This document shows positions 36,560 to 44,984 of a stretch of DNA of 64,000 nt, in pieces (positions within the stretch are counted from its first letter, which is position 1; each line of letters starts with the position of its first letter). The DNA comes from a virus (Duplodnaviria > Caudoviricetes): IMG/VR virus record IMGVR_UViG_3300023218_000040, positions 1 to 64,000 of that record; one strand, written 5' to 3'. The position numbers and the translations under genes are program-made. The notes under the pieces are model-generated. The model did no database searches, was not told the DNA's origin, and saw nothing but the letters and a program-made list of their open reading frames with translations.

Positions 36560-37711
36560 ATGCTATCCAAAGAGCAGGTTATTGAACAGTGTATGTCTTT
36601 CTATAAGAGGACCAACAGACTTCCTCGCCAGAAAGATTTTAGTTGCATAGATGGAGTTAATCAACATGTAGTTGAGAAATATTTTAACTCCATGAAAAGA
36701 TTATACCAAGCGATGGGAGTTGATAAAGATATCAGACGTAGAACCAAACTATCCCTGATTGCCTCGGGTCGAAATTTCAAATCTGGTAATGGTAGGTATC
36801 CGACTAGAAGGGATATAAACAGAGCCAATGGTTTTCGTCATGGAGATAAGACCGTTGTAAAACTCTTTGGTTCTTGGGATGCTTATCTTGATTCTATAGA
36901 GTATGCTGACCACACTAAATTCACCCCGGTTGGCAAGCGCCGTAGGCGTAACATGTCTGAACGAATTTTCTTAGATTGGTTATGCAACCAAAGGTATGAA
37001 AAGAATGGGTGCTGGATTTGGACCAAAAACACTAACTCTGGTGGGTATGGCTTAGTCATATATCAAGGGAAATATCACCTTGTACACCGCCTTTCGTATT
37101 CAATGCTGATTGGAAATATACCAAACGATATGGTGATTCGTCATATCTGTGACAATCCAGCTTGTTACAACCCGGAACATCTGATGATTGGCACCCATTC
37201 AGATAATCGTAAGGACCACACTAAAAGAAATCCCATCAACTCTAGAAAATCCTCCGTCGTCAAAAAACCGGCTGGCATTTGGGGGGACGACTTATATCTC
37301 TGGGCTCTATCTGTTTGCACCGAAAAGGATGGGTGTATGTTGTATCCATCATCCCGAAAATATCCAGTAGTGTTCCATAAAGGGAAAAGCTATCGAATGG
37401 GTAGACTACTGTACAGCATAAATCACTCAATGGAGTATTCAGGAAATTGGATAGCTCGGCACACTTGTCACAATCCCAAGTGTATAAATCCACAACACAT
37501 TGTTAGTGGAACAAGATCTGATAATGCTATTGACAGCAGAGAGAAGTCATCTGTATCACGTATTTCAATGAATATAGCAAGGGAAATTCGAAAGGAATGG
37601 TTGAACTCTTCAACTAAACCAACAACATTCGATAAGCAATGGGCTACGATTTTGGGGGTATCAGTATCAACAATTGCCTCTATCAGACACAATCGAATTT
37701 GGAAAGAATAG
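36560..37711 (+). CDS. Free-standing HNH homing endonuclease with two HNH domains
   Basis: CWIW...GYG...HRLSY...IRHICDNPACYNPEHL..GT..DN..D, a second ARHTCHNPKCINPQH..GT..DN, and N-terminal HTH-like repeats. Confidence 0.88.
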   Translation: MLSKEQVIEQCMSFYKRTNRLPRQKDFSCIDGVNQHVVEKYFNSMKRLYQAMGVDKDIRRRTKLSLIASGRNFKSGNGRYPTRRDINRANGFRHGDKTVVKLFGSWDAYLDSIEYADHTKFTPVGKRRRRNMSERIFLDWLCNQRYEKNGCWIWTKNTNSGGYGLVIYQGKYHLVHRLSYSMLIGNIPNDMVIRHICDNPACYNPEHLMIGTHSDNRKDHTKRNPINSRKSSVVKKPAGIWGDDLYLWALSVCTEKDGCMLYPSSRKYPVVFHKGKSYRMGRLLYSINHSMEYSGNWIARHTCHNPKCINPQHIVSGTRSDNAIDSREKSSVSRISMNIAREIRKEWLNSSTKPTTFDKQWATILGVSVSTIASIRHNRIWKE

Positions 37712-37719
37712 TGTTCCTC

Positions 37720-37911
37720 TCAAGAAGTTGTCTCGGATGAATGTGGATCGACCTTAACCCTAAGTTTCTTCTTGCCACCACGACGTTTGGACTTGATGCT
37801 TTTATACTTAATTGAGTCATCGGGCAATGGATACTCATGCCGTGGCTCAATGTCCGGGTGCAGATAATGACTATTGTCATGACCTTCTCTGTACAAGTCC
37901 CAAATCTTCAT
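37720..37911 (-). CDS. Small hypothetical protein (63 aa)
   Basis: ATGA overlap with the gp14 stop; basic C-terminus. Confidence 0.55.
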   Translation of the reverse strand: MKIWDLYREGHDNSHYLHPDIEPRHEYPLPDDSIKYKSIKSKRRGGKKKLRVKVDPHSSETTS

Positions 37912-39179
37912 GAATCCTTAAGCCTCCCATCGTTGGCGTCATCAAGGTTTTCGAATGGTTCACGCTTGCTACTGCTATCACCATCTCCCGATGGGTTAGA
38001 TCGATCTTCTCTTTCTGTTAGCACATCATGAATACTTTTGAGTTCCCATGGTCGCTCACGGTCTTCGTTGGACCTATCAGACATAAACTCTCGTAATTGG
38101 ACAACCCAATTGTATGGCTGCCATTCACGCTTATTATCCTTCTCCATCAACTTCCAACGACGACGATCTGCTTCATATCTGAAAAGTCGGTTTGGAACAA
38201 AATCAATACGAAGGAACCATTCACCATCCGCAGGGCTACTTGGAAAGTTAACCCCTTGTGCTACTGGCTCGCCGTTATCCGGCTTTCCATCACCCGTCCA
38301 ACGGTATGGCTTACGACTTGGGTGATCTGGACACCAGTACAGAATGGTGGTATCAAACCACGTGGTGTTAACGTATTCACGTGCTTGCTGTTGATTGGCT
38401 TCTGTTACAGCCATTTTTGTATCACGGTTGGACATCTGGTCTGCTAAGCTCCTTCCGTATTCGTCCTGACGGTCAAACAAGTCAAGGAACTCTTGCTGAT
38501 GTCGCATCGGCTTCAAAGTGACAGCCGAAATATGACGGGCATACATCGGGTCGTATCCAGCAGGAGACCACACAATAGAAGCAACTTCATACCACTTGTT
38601 TGCTCTTCGTCCGTCCAAGCCTACTTCACGCAGATGAGGCATTTCAATCACATCACCAGGAAATAGTCGGCGGTCTAATTGCCTTTCCATTTCCTCGGTG
38701 TGGATCTCAAGAGTGATAACGTCATTAGCCAAAGCCAATCCAAATCGAGCATACTCAAGTTCATTCTGACTTACGGTGTACACCACACGAAGGGTCGGGA
38801 TAGTATCAAAATCATACTCACGATCTCGTTCTTCAAGAAGAATTGTATCCTGAATACCAAGGAACGAACCAACGTCCGTAGCCTGTCCCTGATTTTCAGG
38901 CCCGTATGGGTTTTCACGAGTGTCATCCACATCGAATAGGTTCTCTTCATTTGCCGTGTCATCACCATGTGGGTCAACTTTTACGCCAAAGTTATCCTCG
39001 TCCTGGTCGAATGTTCCAACCAAACGATATACGTTCACATCAATGCCACCCATCTCAATATGGTGGCGCATTAGATCAGACAGGAACTTACTCGTCTTAG
39101 TTTTGTTACCAAAATGAGACGGTCCTTGTGTGTCCTTTGCGAACCAAGTGAATGGGTTGTTTGGTCTGAATTTTGGCAT
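37908..39179 (-). CDS. gp14: Neck protein (gp14-like)
   Basis: IQDTILLEERDR.YD, ARFGL.L..D, R.FPGDVIEMPHL, W.P.GYDP; late motif at 39216-39222. Confidence 0.85.
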   Translation of the reverse strand: MPKFRPNNPFTWFAKDTQGPSHFGNKTKTSKFLSDLMRHHIEMGGIDVNVYRLVGTFDQDEDNFGVKVDPHGDDTANEENLFDVDDTRENPYGPENQGQATDVGSFLGIQDTILLEERDREYDFDTIPTLRVVYTVSQNELEYARFGLALANDVITLEIHTEEMERQLDRRLFPGDVIEMPHLREVGLDGRRANKWYEVASIVWSPAGYDPMYARHISAVTLKPMRHQQEFLDLFDRQDEYGRSLADQMSNRDTKMAVTEANQQQAREYVNTTWFDTTILYWCPDHPSRKPYRWTGDGKPDNGEPVAQGVNFPSSPADGEWFLRIDFVPNRLFRYEADRRRWKLMEKDNKREWQPYNWVVQLREFMSDRSNEDRERPWELKSIHDVLTEREDRSNPSGDGDSSSKREPFENLDDANDGRLKDS

Positions 39180-39313
39180 TGCTCTTTCTATAATTCATAC
39201 TAAAACGGATTTGAGTATTTAGCACGTATTCAATTACTACACTATTGAACTACACCAATATCTGAGTATCTTCATATAAGTATAGAAATCGGAATGGTTA
39301 AAAAAGGTACGGT

Positions 39314-40759
39314 ATGAGTAGAAATCACACGACGGCATCTGCTATTTCGAGAGCTATAGGTATTCATGGAGATCGGTACGACTATTCTCTATTCGAATAT
39401 CATGGGGACAAAAACCCTTCTATCATCATTTGTAAAGAGCATGGTCCATTCGAACAACGGGCTGGTAATCATTTACAAGGTCAGGGATGTCCGGATTGTG
39501 GTTTGTTAGATAGGAGTGAAAAACGTAGATTAGGAAAGAAACGTTTTCTAGAACAATGTTTAAAGATACATGGCGAAGCTTATGATTACTCACAATTCGT
39601 CTATCACAATAACAAGACCTCTGGTGTCATTATATGTCCTATCCATGGAGAATTTTCAAAAACCCCTATTGCTCATCTAAACAAAAAACGAGGATGTCCG
39701 TTTTGTACAAACGGGTATTATGAGAGAAAATCCAGTAACACCTTTATTCGTGATGCTAACCTAATTCATGAAGGAAGGTACAATTATGACCGAACAATAT
39801 ATAAAGGAGCATTTGTAAAAACAAATATAGTGTGTCATAAACATGGACAATTTGAGCAAGCACCCAAGGAACATTTACGTGGGAGGGGATGTCCGAAGTG
39901 CTCCACTACTACATCTACTCCACAATTAGAAATAGCCGGATACTTTAAGATGAACGGTTATGAAGTATCCTTAAATGATCGTAATGCTATCGCCCCATTA
40001 GAGTTGGATGTGTTCATACCCGAACTAAAACTTGCTATTGAATATTGTGGATTGTATTGGCATACAGAAAACATTTTAGGTAAAGAATATCATTATGAAA
40101 AGTATAACCGGTGTAAAGAACAAAACATTGTATTGATAACTATTTTCGAAGATGAATGGTTAGAAAAGAAGGATTGTGTTCTCAGAATACTACAAAACAG
40201 AACTGGTAATAATAAGACAATTACCGGTGCTAGAAACTTAGATGTCACAAAAATATCAGCCAGAGATAGTCATATATTTTTAGAAACGTTTCATATTGCC
40301 GGAAAATCTAGAGGATCTGTTCATCTAGGCGCATATCATAAGAACGAATTAATAGGAGTCATGACATTTGGTAAACCTACTAGACAATCTACCCATGAAT
40401 GGGAACTTCTAAGATTTGCTACCTCTGGGTTATATCCAGGATTGGCATCAAAGATGTTTAGAACATTTGTGAAGGATTATAATCCAAATACCGTAGTGAC
40501 CTTTGCAGATTGTAGATGGTTTTCTGGAAAAGTATTTGAGAGAATGGGATTTAAGTTTCAAAAACAGATACCTATAGATTACTCATACGTTAAAAATAAA
40601 AGGCGATACCACAAGTCGTTTATGAGAAAAGAACGTGTGCAAAACAGAGAATGCATCCCCACTGAAGGGAAAACAGAAAAAATGTTATCGAAAGAATTAG
40701 GATATTCCAGAATTTGGGATTGTGGAAAAAATCGATATGAATGGTTCAACCACGAATAG
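39314..40759 (+). CDS. Free-standing endonuclease: 3 Zn-ribbon repeats + Vsr-like nuclease + GNAT-like domain
   Basis: LELDVFIP.LKLAIEYCGLYWH, FEDEW, PGLASKMF, VVTFADCRW, RIWDCG. Confidence 0.85.
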   Translation: MSRNHTTASAISRAIGIHGDRYDYSLFEYHGDKNPSIIICKEHGPFEQRAGNHLQGQGCPDCGLLDRSEKRRLGKKRFLEQCLKIHGEAYDYSQFVYHNNKTSGVIICPIHGEFSKTPIAHLNKKRGCPFCTNGYYERKSSNTFIRDANLIHEGRYNYDRTIYKGAFVKTNIVCHKHGQFEQAPKEHLRGRGCPKCSTTTSTPQLEIAGYFKMNGYEVSLNDRNAIAPLELDVFIPELKLAIEYCGLYWHTENILGKEYHYEKYNRCKEQNIVLITIFEDEWLEKKDCVLRILQNRTGNNKTITGARNLDVTKISARDSHIFLETFHIAGKSRGSVHLGAYHKNELIGVMTFGKPTRQSTHEWELLRFATSGLYPGLASKMFRTFVKDYNPNTVVTFADCRWFSGKVFERMGFKFQKQIPIDYSYVKNKRRYHKSFMRKERVQNRECIPTEGKTEKMLSKELGYSRIWDCGKNRYEWFNHE

Positions 40760-41558
40760 GCTGAGGAATTTCCCCACTATCAGAATATAATAACAAGTCA
40801 TCTTCCAACACTTGTTTACGTTCCCAACCTTCACTAACTAATGCTTCTCCCTTCATAACCGTTCCACCTTGCGCACCGGGTAAGGTACTAAAAAGACGAT
40901 ATTTTTCACCCAAAATGACTTTGCACTCGGCCATCGAATACTCTTGAAGCCAGCGATAGGCCCAATGATCATTCAGTAACTCTTCCCATGACTTGAGCAC
41001 GCTGCAATCGGCAATAATAACCTCATCCTGGTCTGGAACCTGAGTAAGAAAAATACTATTCGTTTCATTTCTCCAGACAAAATGGAGTTCTCTTACAAAC
41101 AGACGATCCAAGGTCTCTTGGTACTGAAGAGTCAGGTCGTAGGACACCAAATCAAAGGCGGCACCATTCTGTCCAATGCCTCCACGAAGCAGTGTGTTAG
41201 CCGTGGCGGCTCCAAACGACTCGAACGCACCAGAGCCACCGGCGTTTCCTCCGAACAGCCCACGGGCTCTCCAAAGGCGTGTGACAGAATCCACTTTCTC
41301 ATCAAAAATATACTGCTGAACCTGGGGGAGAACGTCAATCACAGCGTAGGACTTATAATAGCAACGACCGGAATGGGTTCTGTAGGTGTCCACCGCTCGA
41401 CGCCAGGACACGTCAAAGTCTTCGTCTTCCAGGTGAACGTCAATGCTCTGGCCACCAAGACGAGTGTTAACCTCATAATAGAATCGCTCCAGCTTCCTTT
41501 TGGTCTCTGGGCGATTGACCTCGTGGTCTGATGGTTGCACTAGATCGAAGGTAGCCAT
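40746..41558 (-). CDS. gp13: Neck protein (gp13-like)
   Basis: RLGGQSIDVHLEDEDF, WLQEYSMA.CK.ILGE, LPGAQGGTVMKGEAL; late motif at 41583-41589. Confidence 0.88.
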   Translation of the reverse strand: MATFDLVQPSDHEVNRPETKRKLERFYYEVNTRLGGQSIDVHLEDEDFDVSWRRAVDTYRTHSGRCYYKSYAVIDVLPQVQQYIFDEKVDSVTRLWRARGLFGGNAGGSGAFESFGAATANTLLRGGIGQNGAAFDLVSYDLTLQYQETLDRLFVRELHFVWRNETNSIFLTQVPDQDEVIIADCSVLKSWEELLNDHWAYRWLQEYSMAECKVILGEKYRLFSTLPGAQGGTVMKGEALVSEGWERKQVLEDDLLLYSDSGEIPQPIRG

Positions 41559-41682
41559 TCCAGTTCTCCAGTTTGTTCCAAGTATTTACCAACAGCGGAA
41601 ACACTGACCCTTCAGGACTAAAATACATTTCTCAGGCTTACCTCAGCCATTTACCTTGAAGATTTCTATACGGAGGCATAAG

Positions 41683-41712
41683 TTGACATAGATTTCATGT
41701 AAACCATATATA
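41683..41712 (+). promoter_or_regulatory. Sigma70-type promoter with a long leader
   Basis: TTGACA-18 nt-TATATA; about 115 nt to the ATG at 41830. Confidence 0.6.
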
Positions 41713-41715
41713 AAT

Positions 41716-41829
41716 GTGTGACTCCTACCCTACAGAGGATTACACGTTTATTAACCAAGACCACAGGCAGTAAGCCCCGGCAAGTAGGTCGGGCATTTGA
41801 AGTCCTGCGGCAGTACAAGGAGATGTGAT
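41716..41829 (+). ncRNA. Candidate structured 5' leader RNA
   Basis: Hairpin GTGTGA.TCCT/AGGA.TTACAC (41716-41745), then nested CCACAGG/CCTGCGG and GCCC/GGGC stems (41761-41810) before the AGGAG SD. Confidence 0.4.
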
Positions 41830-42684
41830 ATGTTTAGCTCAACTAGAGAGTATGAGGCTTGCGTGCTCGTCAATGGCAAGCCAGTCACGGAAGTGACTCA
41901 CAACGGGCGCACCTACATCGAAGGTCGGAATAATTCTGTCTACAAACTTCGCTTCACCAACAAGACCAGCCGGCGTGTTCTAATTATTCCCTCAGTGGAC
42001 GGATTAAACGTCCTCGACGGCAAGCCATGCGGCAAGGATTCCAGAGGATACGTAGTGGGTGCTTACGGAAGCATCACCATCCCAGGTTGGACCGTCGATG
42101 GTAGCACTGCTGCCAAGTTCATGTTCAAGCCACAGAACGCAGATCGGAGCAAGGATGAGACGTACGTGGAAGCCATGGGTGAGAACCCTGAGAACCAAGG
42201 TGTTATCGGTTTCATGGTATTCACGGAAGCATACCCAGTAAATCCAAGAATCTGGAGAAAGTCTACGTTCCTTCCGAAAAATAGATGGGATGATGGTACT
42301 GATGATGCAAGCGATTGTATGATCCGCTCATCTGTATCCAGCGCTGCGTTTAGTACGAATGCCATGGGGGTCAGTTCAAATGTGACTACAACAATGAATT
42401 CTTCTGATGCTATGCCAAACCCAGATGAGGGCAAGAGCCTTGGTACTGGTTTTGGAAAGGCCACCGACTTCGAAACCACTACGACTAGCTTCAGTAAGGC
42501 GTCTTCGAATCCACAGGTGGTATTCAGCTTCTTCTACGATACGTTGCAGAACCTGAAGAAGATTGGAGTACCAGTGAAGCACTTCCAAAAGAAGGGACGA
42601 AAGAAGAAGGGTCCGAACCCTTTTCCTATGTCACCTGAACTGATGGGACTTTGCTGCCAACCACCAAGAGGATGGAGAAGATGA
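41830..42684 (+). CDS. Hypothetical protein (VDGL.V.DG...GYV...I.GW motif)
   Basis: 284 aa with an AGGAG SD; motif pattern recalls a widespread uncharacterised phage/bacterial family. Confidence 0.75.
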   Translation: MFSSTREYEACVLVNGKPVTEVTHNGRTYIEGRNNSVYKLRFTNKTSRRVLIIPSVDGLNVLDGKPCGKDSRGYVVGAYGSITIPGWTVDGSTAAKFMFKPQNADRSKDETYVEAMGENPENQGVIGFMVFTEAYPVNPRIWRKSTFLPKNRWDDGTDDASDCMIRSSVSSAAFSTNAMGVSSNVTTTMNSSDAMPNPDEGKSLGTGFGKATDFETTTTSFSKASSNPQVVFSFFYDTLQNLKKIGVPVKHFQKKGRKKKGPNPFPMSPELMGLCCQPPRGWRR

Positions 42685-42902
42685 CTATCTGCCATTGTTC
42701 TGATCCAGAGTGCGCATGGCTGGGTTGTAAAGCAACTCGGAGAAGGGGACAGGCACCGCCTGTCCCCTTCATCCCAGTATGGCCTCGACCAGATAGAATA
42801 GGATGGAAGTGTCCAAATTGCGGGTCTGGTATATCTCCGGATGAAAAGAGTTGTCCAAACTGCCAGCCAAAGTTCACCGGAACGGTTTCCGAGCCTTCTT
42901 GA
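42681..42902 (+). CDS. Small zinc-ribbon protein
   Basis: ATGA-coupled; CHCSDPEC and CPNCG...CPNC. Confidence 0.65.
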   Translation: MTICHCSDPECAWLGCKATRRRGQAPPVPFIPVWPRPDRIGWKCPNCGSGISPDEKSCPNCQPKFTGTVSEPS

Positions 42903-43164
42903 AGCGTTTGTTGTACCAATCCGAGATTAATGATCCTATAAGGACTAGACCGATGATGCAAATTGCAATCAGAATAAACCACCAGAACACCAAAAACGGC
43001 CACAGACCGATGTACACGTACACCCACGGATCTACCCAGGAAAACACTTCGTACTCCCCAAACAAGAGATAGAGAAGAAGGCCAATGGCAGCATAGAAGA
43101 TCGCTGCTATCGGCCCTCCGACCTTCACAACAAACTCGTTGGGGGACTTAACTTGTTTAATCAT
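42874..43164 (-). CDS. Small membrane protein (2 predicted TM segments)
   Basis: Hydrophobic stretches; ATGA overlap with the upstream ORF. Confidence 0.65.
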   Translation of the reverse strand: MIKQVKSPNEFVVKVGGPIAAIFYAAIGLLLYLLFGEYEVFSWVDPWVYVYIGLWPFLVFWWFILIAICIIGLVLIGSLISDWYNKRFKKARKPFR

Positions 43165-43352
43165 CGAACCTTCACGCTTGTTCGATCACCGATGGCAACC
43201 AGGGCATCCTCCAATGCTTGATCGATGAGGAAATTGTTGCCGGCGCACGACTCCATCTGACTACGCACGATGTGTGACAACCTCCGGATGATTGCATCCC
43301 GGTCAGTTACATCGTCCCAAGTTGGGTCATCAATTTGGTCTGTGGGTCTCAT
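43161..43352 (-). CDS. Small hypothetical protein
   Basis: 63 aa, GGAG SD. Confidence 0.6.
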   Translation of the reverse strand: MRPTDQIDDPTWDDVTDRDAIIRRLSHIVRSQMESCAGNNFLIDQALEDALVAIGDRTSVKVR

Positions 43353-43364
43353 GGTTTCTCCAGG

Positions 43365-43463
43365 TCAATCGTCTCGTAAGAACGCAAGATAGCACACTAC
43401 GGCAAAAGTGACAACACCTAGCCATAGGTGAATAATGTCCCAATTTTGAATTATCCAGTTCAT
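43365..43463 (-). CDS. 32-aa single-TM peptide
   Basis: MNWIIQNWDIIHLWLGVVTFAVVCYLAFLRDD; GGAG upstream; below the ORF-track cutoff. Confidence 0.5.
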   Translation of the reverse strand: MNWIIQNWDIIHLWLGVVTFAVVCYLAFLRDD

Positions 43464-43605
43464 CGGCTGGTATCTCCGGGTTAGAAAGGCGTCCTGTTTC
43501 CACTCCCAGGCAATCAAATCCTCTTCCGCTCTCGAAGCCACATAAGCCTCCGAGACACCGGTCGAATCTATGATATTCTTGCCTCTATCTCAACAACGGA
43601 TAGCT

Positions 43606-43634
43606 AATATATATTATCCATTTTTATCTGTCAA
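43606..43634 (-). promoter_or_regulatory. Sigma70-type promoter
   Basis: TTGACA-17 nt-TATATT. Confidence 0.7.
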
Positions 43635-43642
43635 GAAATAAT

Positions 43643-43975
43643 TTAAGAGACCTCGGCCTCAACGCATTCTTGTAAGCCCCTGATTTTCCCCCGTTTTTCT
43701 GGGTCGGCGGGGTTGGAAAGCTCACATCCGCCACGTTCTCCAATAAAAATCTGTCGAACTGTACGGTTTGTGATGGCCTGCATGGGGGTTTCGTTGATGA
43801 GTCCCACTTCGGTCAATACTTCAATGGAACGGTTGCTGGAGAAAGGATATACCTCGAAACGTTTGAATTCGTAGCCGTCACCGTGATGCAATAGGATATT
43901 CTCCCGAAGCTGTTCGAGAGCTTTCTTCTGCGAAGGGGTTACTGGTACCCCGTTGTACTCCGGTGTAGCGGTCAT
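43643..43975 (-). CDS. Hypothetical protein
   Basis: 110-aa ORF with an acceptable start context. Confidence 0.6.
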   Translation of the reverse strand: MTATPEYNGVPVTPSQKKALEQLRENILLHHGDGYEFKRFEVYPFSSNRSIEVLTEVGLINETPMQAITNRTVRQIFIGERGGCELSNPADPEKRGKIRGLQECVEAEVS

Positions 43976-44081
43976 TAGTTATCCGATGGAGTGAATAAGG
44001 TTATGGTTGGAGACCATTATTGTGGTTCCTTGTCTTGTGCTCATGACCTAAATACTTACATGTTCAACGGAGAAAGTCAAG

Positions 44082-44492
44082 ATGTCCCACAGCCTGTTAG
44101 GAAAAGCAGTTGACGATGTGCTAGCCCAATTCTGGGGACCACACGAGGGTCGCAACTATTTCACTACTACCGTTGTTCCACAGCTACGCATCCAGGTATT
44201 TGGTTCAGATCCAGCAACCTCAGTTGTTGTTGAAGAAAATACTACTCTTGAATTTCGTGGTTCGAACAACTCTAATGCAATCGGTAGCTTTCCGGTTCGT
44301 GGTGCTAAGTTATTTCCAACAACCAACCCAGCAGATTGGACAATCATCGGTGGTCCGGTTCTGGTTGCATCAGGGTTAGTTGTTGTAGCGTTGACTGCTC
44401 GTCCAGATCCATATGGTATCCGAGTTCGTGTGTCAGCTACTGGTGGCGATCCAGTAGTCGGTAGCGTGGTTGTTGCTACCGAGTGGAACTAA
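44082..44492 (+). CDS. Putative virion protein (beta-rich)
   Basis: CTAAATACT at 44048-44056, GGAG SD. Confidence 0.65.
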   Translation: MSHSLLGKAVDDVLAQFWGPHEGRNYFTTTVVPQLRIQVFGSDPATSVVVEENTTLEFRGSNNSNAIGSFPVRGAKLFPTTNPADWTIIGGPVLVASGLVVVALTARPDPYGIRVRVSATGGDPVVGSVVVATEWN

Positions 44493-44883
44493 ATCTCCAT
44501 CCACGTAAGATTTGCTCTCTTCTCCTCTTAGCCCAAGACTTGGACACTACTCTTAGATTTTCTGCTACGTGTAGCCCACACACGTTCCGGCCTCGTAACG
44601 GTATCTCGTGAGCAACCAGCAATGGTATACCCATTTCACGACTTAGTCTCTCACACTCCTTATAAATGCGTTCAATCTCTATTTCATTAGCCCACCGTGG
44701 CGTGGCTCTTTTGATATCACGGTTTCGCTTCCAGTTCAATTGGTAATTGCAATGCTCGTCTGGGTTTTCCTTGCGCCATACAGCTTGTTGAACACGAGAA
44801 CAAGATACGCATTTCCGATTGGACACGTATCGCTGTGTTCCTCCACACTTTTTACATGGCTTTCCAATCTTCAGTTGCATCAC
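44476..44883 (-). CDS. HNH endonuclease-like protein, probably catalytically degenerate
   Basis: CKKC...CVSC; ATPRWA; VAHEIPLRGRNVCGLHVAENL. The usual VDH and terminal EN..K.N residues are altered. Confidence 0.7.
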   Translation of the reverse strand: MMQLKIGKPCKKCGGTQRYVSNRKCVSCSRVQQAVWRKENPDEHCNYQLNWKRNRDIKRATPRWANEIEIERIYKECERLSREMGIPLLVAHEIPLRGRNVCGLHVAENLRVVSKSWAKRRREQILRGWRFSSTR

Positions 44884-44984
44884 TCAATTACCGGCATAGC
44901 TGAGTAGGTACTTAACTAAATACTGGCACATTAAGCAGACATTCAAGTCTGTCAATTTAATTAATTCATTAGGAGACAATAATT

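Noticed and set aside
25696-40759. Group I introns housing the endonuclease genes
   Set aside because: The flanking genes (gp19, gp18, gp14, gp13) are uninterrupted, so the endonucleases are free-standing.
41761-41810. c-di-GMP-I riboswitch
   Set aside because: Superficial CACAGG...AAGCC.CCGG similarity only; the P2 stem with a GNRA tetraloop and its receptor are missing.
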